A stretch of DNA of 64,000 bases from Mustelus asterias (Eukaryota), in assembly GCF_964213995.1 (NCBI RefSeq), contig NC_135808.1, positions 23,002,001 to 23,066,000 of the forward strand. The letters run 5' to 3'. This document shows, piece by piece, positions 24,086 through 36,617 of the stretch (the first letter of the stretch is position 1; every line of letters starts with the position of its first letter). Position numbers and translations under genes: made by a program. The notes under the pieces were generated by a model that worked only from the letters and a program-made list of their open reading frames with translations, ran no database searches and was not told the DNA's origin.

Positions 24086-24910
24086 TGTTATGGTTGAGGT
24101 CAGAAACTAGAAAGGGTTTTATGGAGCTCGCCTGGATCATAAGTTTTGCATCATCAATTTGGCTCGGAATAACATGATAGGCTTCCCTTCAGATATGATT
24201 CAAATGATCCACTAGGGAGCTTTTATCAAACAAAGTTTATTTAAGAATATAGTTAATCTGTACAGTCAGAAAAGTAGCAAGAACTCTTATCAATTACAAA
24301 CAAGAAACAAAACAACCACTATAATGTATAATCCTCAACAAATATATCTAATGTGTTCCAATCAAACCAATCCCGTAGACAAAATACCCTGTTCACGGGG
24401 TTAACACAGCACAGTCTAATGCTCATGTGATACTGGACTTGAGTCCTTTGGATGAAGTCTGCAGTTCCCTGGATAGACTCAGAACAGTTTGGAGTCTGAA
24501 CAGCTTCCACAAACACCAGGGACTCTCGGCAAGCCACCAACAGCACATTTCTCCCCTTCAGAATTTCCAAAACCAGGGAGAGAGAGAGAGAGAGACTTTC
24601 AGCTTGCTGCCCCTTCTGAAACTCAACTCTAACTGCAGCCAAACAGAAAATGAAACCTTAAACTCACTGAAAGAAAAACTGTCCAAAAACACATGACCAT
24701 CCTCCTAGCAATGCAGGGTCACAAAACAACCCAGAGTTAAAATAGACAGATCCCATTTAAACAATTGAAGTAGCACTAAAAGGACATCTCCAATCAAACC
24801 AGCAGCAAATGACATTACCTGAGGTTGTGAGCTGAGAAAATATTGAAGCTGTGAGAGTTGCAGAGATCATGATTTTTAAAAAACTTTCTCAAAAGTACAC
24901 TGACGTCACA
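24086..24910 (-). mobile_element. Solo LTR upstream of gene B
   Basis: TG...CA termini, agcc/atcc flanks, empty site in the gene C unit at about 43528. Confidence 0.75.
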
Positions 24911-25520
24911 ATCCCAACCAACTCAATCTCTCCTTATTTCCTATCTTTGTAGCTGCTCCAAATTTAGATCCATCACATTCTGTCTCTTCATCTGAGTCAC
25001 ACATAAAGATTGTAAATGACTGATTTTCCCAGCACTGATCTCGTGACACTCCACTCGTCACAGTCGGCCAACTTGTAAATGCCCCATTTATGCCAAATCA
25101 ATGTTTCCTGTCCATGAGCCAATCCTCTATTAATGCAAATACATTGCCCTCAACTCCTGGTCTTGGAGGGGGTGCAGTTCTGATCACCAGAATAATAAAA
25201 GGAGGTTAAATAAAAGGGGTTTTTATTCCCCAGCTTTTAGAATGTTGATGGGTGATCTGATCGATCTGTTTATAATGTTAAAATAATTCAGCAGTGTGGA
25301 ATCCACATCCAGTCTCTCCACAATAAAAAGTTAACAATTGGAGCTTTTCAATCTCAGAGTGACAGATTTTTATTGGGTAATGATATCTGAGGATATGGTT
25401 TATAGTCAGAAACTGGGGTCCAGATCTGCAGTGATTTCACTGAATGGTTCGCTCAGACCTGCTGCTGTTCTTAATGTCCTTCCCTCTGTCACTGGATCAA
25501 ACTCCTTTCAGCTGATTCTA

Positions 25521-25652
25521 CCCGGCAACTGATGATGTCAGCAGCTGTATTTACCTGATTGGACAGTTCTCAACATTGAGGCACTCTCTCACCCTGTTTG
25601 TGTCTATTCCGCCGGAGACTGATGACTCACTGAATCTCTTTATTCTGATTGG
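25521..25652 (+). promoter_or_regulatory. Two tandem X-Y modules of gene B (X 25521-25534 / Y 25555-25562; X 25611-25624 / Y 25645-25652)
   Basis: cccggcaactgatg-atgtca and gccggagactgatg-actca, each 20 bp before ctgattgg. Confidence 0.75.
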
Positions 25653-26136
25653 TTCAGTCCTATTTTGTGTCCAATCAGATTGAGGCTCAGTGTAAACAGG
25701 GAAAGGCAGAAGGAGTGAGTTGAGCAAATGGCCTTTCTTTGAAAAAGAGTTTCCTCCAAATGTTTCCCCCAACATGAGGGAAGCAGCAATGATTGGACTG
25801 ATAGAGCTGGTCCTTCTGTGTGGAGAGGTGTCTGCAGGTGAGTGATGGGGTGTGAGAGGGGCAATGCCAGGCTGGGTACTGGGGCATTAACCCTGGGTCA
25901 GTGAGTGATGGGGTGTGAGAGGGGCAATGCCAGGCTGGGTACTGGGACATTAACCCTGGGTCAGTGAGTGATGGGGTTTCAAAGGGGCAATGCCAGGCTG
26001 TGTGGAGGCCTTGCTCTCGGTTTGGAATCAGTGTTTTGGGGTTCATGCCCTGATCTCTGTGTGTGTGTGTGTGTGTGTGTGAGTGTGTTGGTGTTTTTCG
26101 GGTGTCTATCCTGAATTCTCTCTCTCTCTATTTCAG

Positions 26137-26397
26137 GCTCTCACTCTCTCCGGTATTTCCTCACGGGAATGACTCCGATCCCGGGTTTCCCGGAGTTTGT
26201 GGCTGTCGGTTATGTGGACGGTGTCCAGTTTGTTGTGTACGTCAGCGATCGGAGGGAGCTGATCCCCCGGGAGCAGTGGATGGTGGAGAGCGAGGGGCTC
26301 GAGTCCTGGGAACAGAAGAAGAAGCTCACACAGGAAGGGGAGCGATGTCTCAAAGATAATATTCAGACCCTCATGTATCGAACCAACCAGTCGGGAG
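26137..26397 (+). CDS. Gene B alpha1 exon (open)
   Basis: GSHSLRYFLTG...LMYRTNQSG, 261 nt. Confidence 0.9.
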
Positions 26398-26730
26398 GTG
26401 AGTCTTCAAACTCCCAGCACTCAGCCTCTTTCTCAGGATGCAGGGCGTATGGGTCAGAGTGGGAGAAACTGGGAGCGGATCAGGATCTGGGACTGGGGGC
26501 TGAGGTTGTGCATGAGCTCTGTCAGGTCTGTTGGTCAATTGAATCTGATTGTGTGTGTTTGGTGGTTTTCCCTCTAGTTGGATTGGGCCGGATTGGCTGT
26601 GTGTGTGTGTGTGTGTGTGTGTGTGGTGGCTGGACCTCCAGTGGGAACGGATCTGTTTGGGTGGGTTCATGGTGAGTGCAGCTTTTATTGGGACTGGCCC
26701 TGATTGGCAGGTTATCTTTCTAATCCACAG

Positions 26731-27003
26731 GGATCCACATACACCAGCTGATGACTGGCTGTGACCTGAGTGATGATGGGAATACGACTGGATTCAACCA
26801 GTATGGGTGGGACGGACTAGATTTCATCAGTTTTGATAAGGATCTTCTGGTGTGGGTGACCCCCGTCCCTTGGGGAGAGATCATCAAACAAAAGTGGGAG
26901 GGCAGCACGGGCATTAACCAGCGATGGAAACGTTACCTGGAGGTGGAGTGTATCGAGTGGCTGAGGAAATATCTGGAGTACGGACAAAAATTACTGAGAG
27001 TCG
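26731..27003 (+). CDS. Gene B alpha2 exon (open)
   Basis: IHIHQLMTGCD...IKQKWEG...RYLEVECIEWLRKYLEYG, 273 nt. Confidence 0.9.
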
Positions 27004-27740
27004 GTGAGTGAGGGCGGGAGTGAGAGTCGGTGAGTGAGGGGGGAGTGAGAGTCGGTGAGTGAGGGGGGAGTGAGAGTCGGTGAGTGAGAGTCGGTGAGTG
27101 AGGGGGAAGTGAGAGTGAGGGAGGAGTGAGAGCCAGTGAGTGAGGGGGGAGTGAGAGTCGGTGAGTGAGGGGGGAGTGAGAGTCGGTGAGTGAGGGGGGA
27201 CTGAGAGTCGGTGAGTGAGGGGGGACTGAGAGTCGGTGAGTGAGGGGGGACTGAGAGTCGGTGAGTGAGGGAGGAGTGAGAGTCGGTGAGTGAGGGGGGA
27301 GTGAGAGTCGGTGAGTGAGGGGGGAGTGAGAGACGGTGAGTGAGGGGGGAGTGAGAGACGGTGAGTGAGGGGGGAGTGAGAGTCGGTGAGTGAGGAGGGG
27401 AGTGAGAGTCGGTGAGTGAGGGGGGGAGTGAGAGTCGGTGAGTGAGGGGAGTGAGAATCAGTGAGTGGTGGGGAGTGAGAGTCGGTGAGTGAGGGGGGAG
27501 TGAGAGTCGGTGAGTGAGGGGGGAGTGAGAGTCGGTGAGTGAGGAGGGAGTGAGAGTCGGTGAGTGAGGAGGGAGTGAGAGTCGGTGAGTAAGGGGGGAG
27601 TGAGAGTCGGTGAGTGAGGGGGGAGTGAGAGACGGTGAGTGAGGGGGGAGTGAGAGTCGGTGAGTGAGGGGGGAGTGAGAGTCGGTGAGTGAGGGGGGAG
27701 TGAGAGTCGGTGAGTGAGGGGGGAGTGAGAGTCGGTGAAG
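27004..27740. repeat. 25-bp G-rich minisatellite, gene B intron 3 (about 29 units)
   Basis: Same unit as in gene A. Confidence 0.95.
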
Positions 27741-27804
27741 GGGGTGATGCCGGGACTCTCTATCTCGAGGTTCCTGTACTGACTCCTCTTTCTTTCTCTC
27801 TCAG

Positions 27805-28067
27805 TTGCCCCCGTCGTGTCCTTTACCCGTCTGGGTGATTCTAACCGGCTGTCCTGTGCCGTCACTGGGTTTTACCCTCAAGCCATCGAGGTGAATCTGT
27901 GGAGAGATGGAGTGATGATTGCTGAGACTCTGTTTAGTGGGATCTTACCCAATGAAGACAGCACCTCCAGATCTGAAAATGGATCGAGTTTGATCCAGAG
28001 GACCAGGCCGAGTATTCCTGTCGGGTGGAACACAGCGGGATGAAGGAGACACTGGTGGTGATTTACG
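27805..28067 (+). pseudogene. Gene B alpha3 exon, frameshifted
   Basis: ACCT-CCAGATCTGA here versus ACCTACCAGATCCGG in gene A. Confidence 0.9.
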
Positions 28068-28164
28068 GTAAGACTGTTTCTCACTGTTAGAGAGGACCCA
28101 GCCTCAGACCAGGATCACAGGAGTGAGGGTCAGTGCTGAGCTGTCAGCTGAGGACAGGGCTGTG

Positions 28165-28480
28165 AGGCCCAGTGATTAGCGCTGCTGCCTCACAGCGCCA
28201 GGGATCCGGGTTCAATTCCAGCCCCGGGTCGCTGTGTATGTGGAGTTTGCACATTCTCCCCGTGCCTGCATGGGTTTCCTCTCGGTTCTCCGGTTCCTCT
28301 CGCAGTCCAAAGATGTGCAGGTTCGGTAGAGTGGCCATGCTAAATTGCCTGTTAGTGTCAGGGGGATTAGCAGGGTAAACACATGGGTCACGTGGATAGA
28401 GCCTGGGTGGGATTGTTGTTGGTGCAGGCTCGATGGGCTGAATGGCATCTTTCTTTCTGTACTGAATGGATTCTATATTT
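28165..28480 (+). mobile_element. tRNA-derived SINE
   Basis: gcgctgctgcctcacagcgccagggatccgggttcaattcc. Confidence 0.8.
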
Positions 28481-28700
28481 CTCTGATTCTCTGACAGCCT
28501 GAGGCCCAGGATACAGAGCGAGGGAAAGATATATTAATCTTCAATACATTATATACCATGGTGCTACCATTCGGGGACAGGAATTGGGATTACTGGGATT
28601 TTACTGTGCCACAGGCCCCATTGTCTCCTGAGATATTATCGTACGAATGGGCCCAGTTTATCCTGGGATATTACAATATGGCAGGACCCAGTGAATCCTG

Positions 28701-31700
28701 TGTTACAGGCGGTGGGGGGTTGTCAGTATAAACTGCCCTGATTTCCCCCCTCACGACTCGTCCACTAACAGTAAGTTTTTAAAAAAATTCTGAGCTCCCT
28801 CTTTATAAATGGTGGCATCTTTTCCCCAACCCATAAATTTGGAGTGTTCCTATTCTCTGTGAATAACTTGCACAGTAAACCTGAGGTAAGATGAAAATAC
28901 ACACATGAGAAAAGTTTCACAACATTGACCCCTCTGCACTCACACAGTGAACGGGGGATAAGGAGAAGGAAGAGGGTTCAGGGCCCGATCACAATAAAAA
29001 AAATGCGAGGGTTTTACATGTGTCCAGAATGAGCAGTCTAATGGAAGGTTTCTTTCAAGGGGAGGTTGATGGATTATAGGGTGGTCCACCTGCAGTGACT
29101 TTAACAAGGCCCACGATGTGGACCTCTTAGAATACTCGCTCCCAAATTAAGCCAGTAATGGATTGTCCAATCAGGGAGCCCTGTATGTGTACATAATGTG
29201 GAGTGTCAGCGTTACTCGCACTCTGGGTTTAAAGTTTGAAGTTTATTTATTAGTGTTACAAGGAGGCTTACATTAACACTGCAATGAAGTTACTGTGAAA
29301 ATCTCCTGGTCACCACATTCCGGCACCTGTTCGGGTATCCTGAGGGAGAATTTAGCATTACTAATGCACCTAACCAGCACAACCTTTGGACTGTGGGAGG
29401 AAACCCACACAGACACGGGGAGAATGTGCAAACTCCACACAGACAGTGACCCAAGCGGTAATTGAACCCAGGTCCCTGGTGCTGTTAGGCAGCAGTGCTA
29501 ACCACTGTGCCACCAGTATGAGGAAGTACCTGTCTGAGAGTTGCTTACTTTGTTGCTTACTCTTGCCTTTGACAAGGTACTGCATGGTAGGTTATTGCTT
29601 AAGGTTAAATCTCACGGGATCTGGGGTGAGGTATCTAAATGGATACAAAATTGGCTTCTTGACAGAAGCCAGAGTGTGGTTGTAGAGAATTGTTTTTCAA
29701 ACTGGAGGCCTGTGACCAGCGGTGTGCCTCAGGGATCAGTGCTGTGTCCACTGTTATTTGTCACTTATATTAATGATTTGGATGAGAATAGAGGAGGCAT
29801 GGTTAGTGAGTTTGCAGATGACATGAAGATTGGTGGCATAGTGGACAGTGAAGAAAGTTATCTCCAATTGCAACGGGATCTTGATCAATTGGGCCAGTGG
29901 GCTGACGAATGGCAGATGGAGTTTAATTTAGACAAATGCAAGGTGATGCATTTTGGTAGATTGAACCAGGGCAGGACTTACTCAGTTAATGGTAGGGCAT
30001 TGGGGAGAGTTACAGAATAAAGAGATCTCGGGGTACATGTTCATAGCTCCTTGAAAGTGGAGTCACAGGTGGACAGAGTGGTGAAGGAGGCATTCGGCAT
30101 GCTTGGTTTCATCGGTCAGAACATTGAATACAGGAGTTGGAATGTCTTGTTGAAGTTGTACAAGACATTGGTAAGGCCACACTTGGAATACTGTCTGCAA
30201 TTCTGGTCACCCTATTATAGAAAGGATATTATTAAATTAGAAAGCGTGCAGAAAAGATTTACTAGGATGCTACTGGAACTTGATGGATTGAGTTATAAGG
30301 AGAGTTTGGATAGACTGGGATTTTTTTCTCTGGAGCGTCGGAGGCTGAGGGGTGATCTTATAGAGGTCTATAAAATAATGAGGGGCACAGATCAGCTCGA
30401 TAGTCAATACCTTTTCCCAGAGGTCGGGGAGTCTAAAACTAGAGGGCATAGGTTTAAGGTGAGAGGGGAGAGATACAAAAGTGTCCAGAGAGGCAATTTT
30501 TTCTCACAGAGGGTGGTGAGTGTCTGGAACAAGCTGCCAGAGGTAGTATAGAGGCGGGTACAATTTTGTCTTTTAAAAAGCATTCAGATAGTTCCATAGG
30601 TACGATGGGTATAGAGGGATATGGGCCAAATGCGGGCAATTGGGATTAGCTTCGGGGTTTAAAAAAAAAAATGGGCGGCATGGACAAGTTGGGCCGAAGG
30701 GCCTGTTTCCATGCTGTAAAGCTCTATGACTCTATGACGCTATGTTAATGAATCTAAATTTGGTGAAGGGACACCAACCTTGTGGGAGTTATTTCAGAGA
30801 CGAACATGATGGAACTTGTAAAATTTGGCCTAAGTTGGGGTCAGCCATTTTTCTGCATCATTCCTTTGTTTGGTAGACGAGACTCGTTCAACCCTGCTGT
30901 CGAGAACTGGGCCCAAGGTGTGGATCACATGCATTATTTTTTCGGGCAAATGACATTATGGCAGATGAAAAACAAAGGGTGCTGTGAATGCTGTGGTGCT
31001 TGAGCGTTTGCTGTCATTCGGAGTTAAACTTTCCCTGAGGCCCCAGATACTAAAACCTTTCAAGAATTGCCTGAGGTCGTTGGAGAATGCTACAACCCCA
31101 AGCCACCTCTAATTTTGAAACAGTATTGTTTATACTAAACAATCTGTTATGGGATTCGTAACTAGGTTAAGACAACTGGCGAAAGCATGTGAATTTATTT
31201 TAACTCTTAACAAGATGCTTAGAGACTGTCTGGTGTGCGGTATTAATAATGTGACTGTTCAAAAATGCCTATTAGCTGAAGCACAAGTGGACTTCAAACA
31301 GGTGCTACAGCAGGTTTTACCATTGGAAAATGCTGCATGTGGAGCATATGAGTTGCAAGCCATCCCGAAGTGGACACCCGCGCCAGTCCGACTGAGTTCA
31401 GGGACCACTATTTGAGAGCAGGCAATTACATAGCCTCCCTCAGGAAGTATCCAGATACACATAACTCCAGGTCTGCACAAAGCAAAGCCAAACTGCGACC
31501 AAACAGTCACAAGTCCTACCTGATAGCAACAGCAAAGGAGTCCTACAGGACTGAGATTTAGTAAAGCAACTTGTAGTCCGGTATCCAGGAGTGTTCACAC
31601 CCTGGGAAGATCCACCTACATCTGATTTAGTGCAATTAAATTGCATATCGATGTCCAAATCAGATCAAATCAAGATTAACGTATGGTTAAGTGGACATCT

Positions 31701-33660
31701 GGTACTAATGGAAGTTGATATCGATGCGGCAGTATCAGTGTTCAGAGAATCAGCGTTCCATAAAATTCACTATGGACTCTAGCGCTTATTGTTACTGAAG
31801 ACCTCAGCAAGATAGGGAACCTGTATCGGGGAACCTTTCTGAATTTTGAGTGGAACCCCTGACCCTGTCTCCTATGAAAGGCAGCTGGTTCAGTTACCAA
31901 TGATTGTAGTGAGGGCATGGGGAAGCCTAATGGTGTGAAATTGGTTGCAAGAGATCCACCTTGGCTCAACATCTTCAGCCAGAGAATGGCTGCCTTAGTG
32001 AAGTCCTGCCGAAGTACGCTAAAGCTTTCCAGGAAGGTCTTGGGACTATCAAAGGAGCCAAGGCGACCTTACCTGTTGACGAGGAAGTGATTCCACAATT
32101 TTGCAAGGCCCGCCCAGCGCCATTTGACTTACGAGTAAAAGTTGAAGCAGAAATCCAAAGACTGGAACATGAAGGGATCATCAAACCAGTCCAATTTGTG
32201 GAATGGGCAGCACCAGTCTTACCAATTTTGAAGCCAGGTGGATCATTCCATCTTTGCGGGGATCCGAAACAAACGGGAAACTGTTTCTTGCAGCTGGTTG
32301 GAAGGATGACTCTTGTTTGTGAAACTTGACATGAATCACGCTTACTTACAATTACAACTAGATGACGATTCCCAGAGATATTCAGCAATTCATACTCAGA
32401 AGGGCCCTGAGCGATCCACTTGTCTGCCATTTGGGGTATAGTCACCCTGTTCAACCTTCCAGCGAACGATGGAGAACATTTTGCAAAGCCTCCCTCAGGT
32501 TGCTATATATCTGGATGAAGTCCTCTTAACTGGTAAAAAAAAAGAAACACTTAAAGAACCTTGAGGAAGTTCTCAGTCAATTTTTCAAGGCAGGTGTACG
32601 CCTACGAAGGGAAAAAATGTGTAATCCAGGTTCCCCCAAGAGAAAGCTCCATCTCAATAGCAAAGGTACAAAGAAGAAAGAAGTTCCAGGCAGAAGAATC
32701 AACAGAGAAAGCCCAAATATTCCGGAAGACACAAAAACTTTGTTAATAAGTGGGAATTGTATTCACCTGAACAGCATTCCATTTGAATCATTTTATTCAG
32801 GTTGTTAATAGTTTAGTTAACTTGTTCACTGTTAATTCGATAAATAAGTTGTTCCTTGTTGATTTTTGAGAGTGTCAGGGAGTTATTTTGATTGAACCAG
32901 TAAAAGTTGCTGAAGAGCAGATTGTACCACTTCACACTCACTTTTACAGATTATGGCGAGTTGCTCCTCTTTGAGTGGTGAGGCCTTAGTTCTCAGAGGG
33001 GGGATCAACCTCGGCTTCATAACAATAACCTATTTGGGAAATTAAGCCCATTCGTGCCTCCATCCTGGCTCCATTACACCAACTACTAAAAAAAGATCAG
33101 CCTTGAGAGTCGTCTTCCAGTCAATCCTTGGCTTTCAATAAAGTAAAGCAACAACTTTCCTCTTTTAATGTACTGGCGCATTATGATCCCAGGAAAGAAC
33201 TATTACTGACCTGCGACACATCCTTGTATGGCTTCATGACGGCTTTGGCACATAGGTGGCCAAACAGAGTGGAATTGCTTATGCTCCCAGGACCTTGACT
33301 ATTGCAAAAAAGCCTATGTCGAAAAAGAAGGGTTGGCGGTGATATTAGGAGTGAAAAGGTTCCACCAGCGCCATTATGGGTAGAAATTTGTCATTAAGAC
33401 ACAGACCACAAGCCACTCCTCGGACTGTTTAAAGAGGACAAGGCAGTGTTGCCCATAACATCAGCCCAATCCAGCAGTGGGCTTTATTACTGACCGCCTA
33501 CAATTACCAATTGGAACACTGTCCAGGAGGCCTTGAGCTGACTATCATTAGCAGATATCCGATCGGTGGTATCCCCAGTGGAAGAGTCTGTAATGACAAT
33601 GATTTTTTTTGGAGACTTTCCCAGTGCCACTAAATAAGATTTGACCGTGGACTTAAAAAG
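28701..33660 (+). mobile_element. Decayed Gypsy-type LTR retrotransposon in gene B intron 4, with nested SINE, CR1 and LTR fragment
   Basis: gag-like LRQLAKACEF...LRDCLVCGIN, protease-like MEVDIDAAVSV, RT EWAAPVLPILKP...LCGD and IYLDEV, RNase H remnants. Confidence 0.75.
29560..30740 (+). mobile_element. CR1-type LINE 3' fragment
   Basis: AFDKV, SGVPQGSVL, FADD motifs and (ctatga)n tail. Confidence 0.92.
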
Positions 33661-35454
33661 GCCCAGTCTTTGCTAAATTTAAAACATTCATTTGTGGGAC
33701 ATGGATGTTGCTGACTGGCCAGCATTTATTGCCCACCCCTAGTTGTCCTTGTCCGGAGGGCATTTGAGAGTCAACCACATTGCTGTGGATCTGAAGTGAC
33801 AAGTAGGCCAGACCAGGTAAGGACGGCAGATTTTTTTCCCTAAAGGACATTATTCAACCCAGATGATTTTTTTTTTGACAATTGACAGTGATAGTGCCGG
33901 GGATTGTCAGAGGATACAACAGGATATCGATAGGTAGATTGGAGACTTGGGCACAAAAATGGGAGATGGAGTTTAATCTGGATTGATGTGAGGTGATGCA
34001 TTTTGGAGGTTCAAATGTAGGTGTGAATTATACGTAAATAGCAGAACTCTTAGGTACATTAACATACAGAGGGATCTGGGTGTGCAGGTCCACAGTTACC
34101 TAAAAGTGGCAACACAAGTGGCCAAGGTGATTAAGAAATCATTTGGCATGCTTGCCTTTATCAGCTGGGGCATTGAGTCCAAGAGTTGGGAAATCATGTT
34201 GCAGCCATATAAAACCTTGATTAGGCCGTATTTGGAGTATTTTGTGCTGTTCTGGACACCACCCTATCGGAAGCACGTAGAAGCTTTGGAGAGAGTGCAA
34301 GGAAGGTTCACCAGGAGTGACAGAAGGTGGGAAATGGTGTTCCGCAGTAATCAATGCTGGAATCACCGCTGTTCACACTTTACACTCACTTATTTGGACA
34401 TTGGAATCGAAACACAATTTCTCAATTTGCTAAGGTCACCAAATTGGGACGAATTATTCGATATGCTACAAAATAATAGAACATTAATAAACTTGTAGAA
34501 TGGGCAAATAATTGGTGAATGGAGTTCAGCACAGATAAACATGAGGTAGTTTTCTATTAGGGGTGAATAGAGAGGTCACTTATTACTTAGGAGGTGCCGG
34601 GCTGGATGGGGTTGAGGAACAAAGGGATTTCGGTTTACGTTAAACCAATCCGCAACAGGTTAGGCAAAGCCATGAACAAAATAAATGGAAAATCAGTCTT
34701 TATTTCTAGAGGGATAGAATTGTAAAGCACGGAAGTTATTGCTAAACTGTTATCAAATCATGATTAGACCACATTTACAGACTGTGTGCAGTTCCAGTCA
34801 CCATTTTACAGAAGGGTTTTTACTCACAGGAGAGGACATAGAGAAGATTTACAGAGATGATTCAAGGAATGAGTGGGTGGACATCTCAGTGAAGGATTGA
34901 CTGGCTGGGTCTCTGCTCTCAGGAAAACAGAGGGCTGAGGGTTGACCTAATCGAAGATTTAAAATTAGGAAAGGTTTTCATAGACTGGACACAGAAAGAG
35001 TATTTCCTCTTGTGGGAAGAATGTAACTCGGGGTCATCAATACAAGATGGTCACCAAGAAACACAATAGGGAATTCAAGAGAAACTTATTCACTCAAAGA
35101 GTGATGTGAATGTGGAGCTCGCTGCCACAGGGAGTGCTTGAAGTGAACAGTATAGTTTAAGGGGAATGAATGAGGAGGAAATATGTAGTTAAGATGGTCA
35201 GTTTCGATGAGGGAAGATGGGAGGAGGATCAAATGGAGCATAAACACCAGCATCAACTAGATGGGCCAAATGGCCAGGTTCTGAGTCAGGTATTCTATGT
35301 TTTCTGATTGTCTCTCTCGCTCTCTAATTCACTCTCTCTCCATCATTCTCAGGTTCTCTCTCCTCTCTTCCTCTCACATTCTCTCTCTCTCTCTGATTCT
35401 CACTTTTCCCTCTCCCTGATTCACTCAGTCTCTCTGATTCTCTCTCTCTAACAG

Positions 35455-35559
35455 AACCAAAGTCTCGCTCCCAGGTTGCTGTTACTGTCGGGATTGTGGT
35501 CGGGGTCCTCATGCTCATCGCTCTCATCATTATGGCTGTCGTCATCTACAACAAGAAAG
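35455..35559 (+). CDS. Gene B transmembrane exon
   Basis: Near-identical to 11975-12079. Confidence 0.85.
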
Positions 35560-36280
35560 GTAGGAATTGGAGGGAAAAGAGCAGCTCCTTACTGGGGGGA
35601 GGGATTGTGGGAGAGTATTCCAGGGTGGGGGGGCTCAGGCTGTGGGTCTCAGGTTGGTGTGGGGGTCACAGAGTGGATGGAAGAGCCCAGGGTTGGGATA
35701 GGGAGGATAAGGGGCTCATGATAAAAGGGAAGAGTCTGAGAATTGTGGGAAGGGTCTCAGATTGAATGACGAGTTTAGGGTATCAGTGAGGGTCCCGGGT
35801 CAGTGCGGGAGTGAGGGTCTTCAGTCAGTGTGGGAGTGAGGGTCTTCAGTCAGTGCGAGAGTGAGGGTCCCCGGTCAGAGGGGAGTGAGGGTCCTGGGTC
35901 AGAGGGGGGAGTGAGGGTCCTAGGTCAGAGGCGGAGTGAGGGTCCCGGTGAAAGAGGGGGAAGTGAGGGTCCCAGGTCAGAAGAGGAATGAGGGTCCCGG
36001 GTCACAGGGGGAGTGAGGGTCCCGGTTCACTGTGGGAGTGAGGGTCCTGGTCAGGGTGAGAGTGAGGATTTCAGAATTGTGTTGTCGGGGCTCAGTACGA
36101 GCGAGAGTTCCAGCCTCTGTCTCTGATTTTCTCTCAGTCTCGTCACTCACTGAGCATTCCATGTTTTACAGGGAGAGGGAAGAGTGACTACAATCCTGCA
36201 AATAGTAAGCTGATCATCAAATATCGTCTCTGCGTAACTGTGTGAATCACCATTGATTCTGTGTCATATAGTGTGTGTGT

Positions 36281-36617
36281 NNNNNNNNNNNNNNNNNNNN
36301 NNNNNNNNNNNNNNNNNNNNNNNNNNNNNNNNNNNNNNNNNNNNNNNNNNNNNNNNNNNNNNNNNNNNNNNNNNNNNNNNNNNNNNNNNNNNNNNNNNNN
36401 NNNNNNNNNNNNNNNNNNNNNNNNNNNNNNNNNNNNNNNNNNNNNNNNNNNNNNNNNNNNNNNNNNNNNNNNNNNNNNNNNNNNNNNNNNNNNNNNNNNN
36501 NNNNNNNNNNNNNNNNNNNNNNNNNNNNNNNNNNNNNNNNNNNNNNNNNNNNNNNNNNNNNNNNNNNNNNNNNNNNNNNNNNNNNNNNNNNNNNNNNNNN
36601 NNNNNNNNNNNNNNNNN
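36281..36617. other. Assembly gap (N run) in gene B intron 6
   Basis: Run of n. Confidence 1.
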
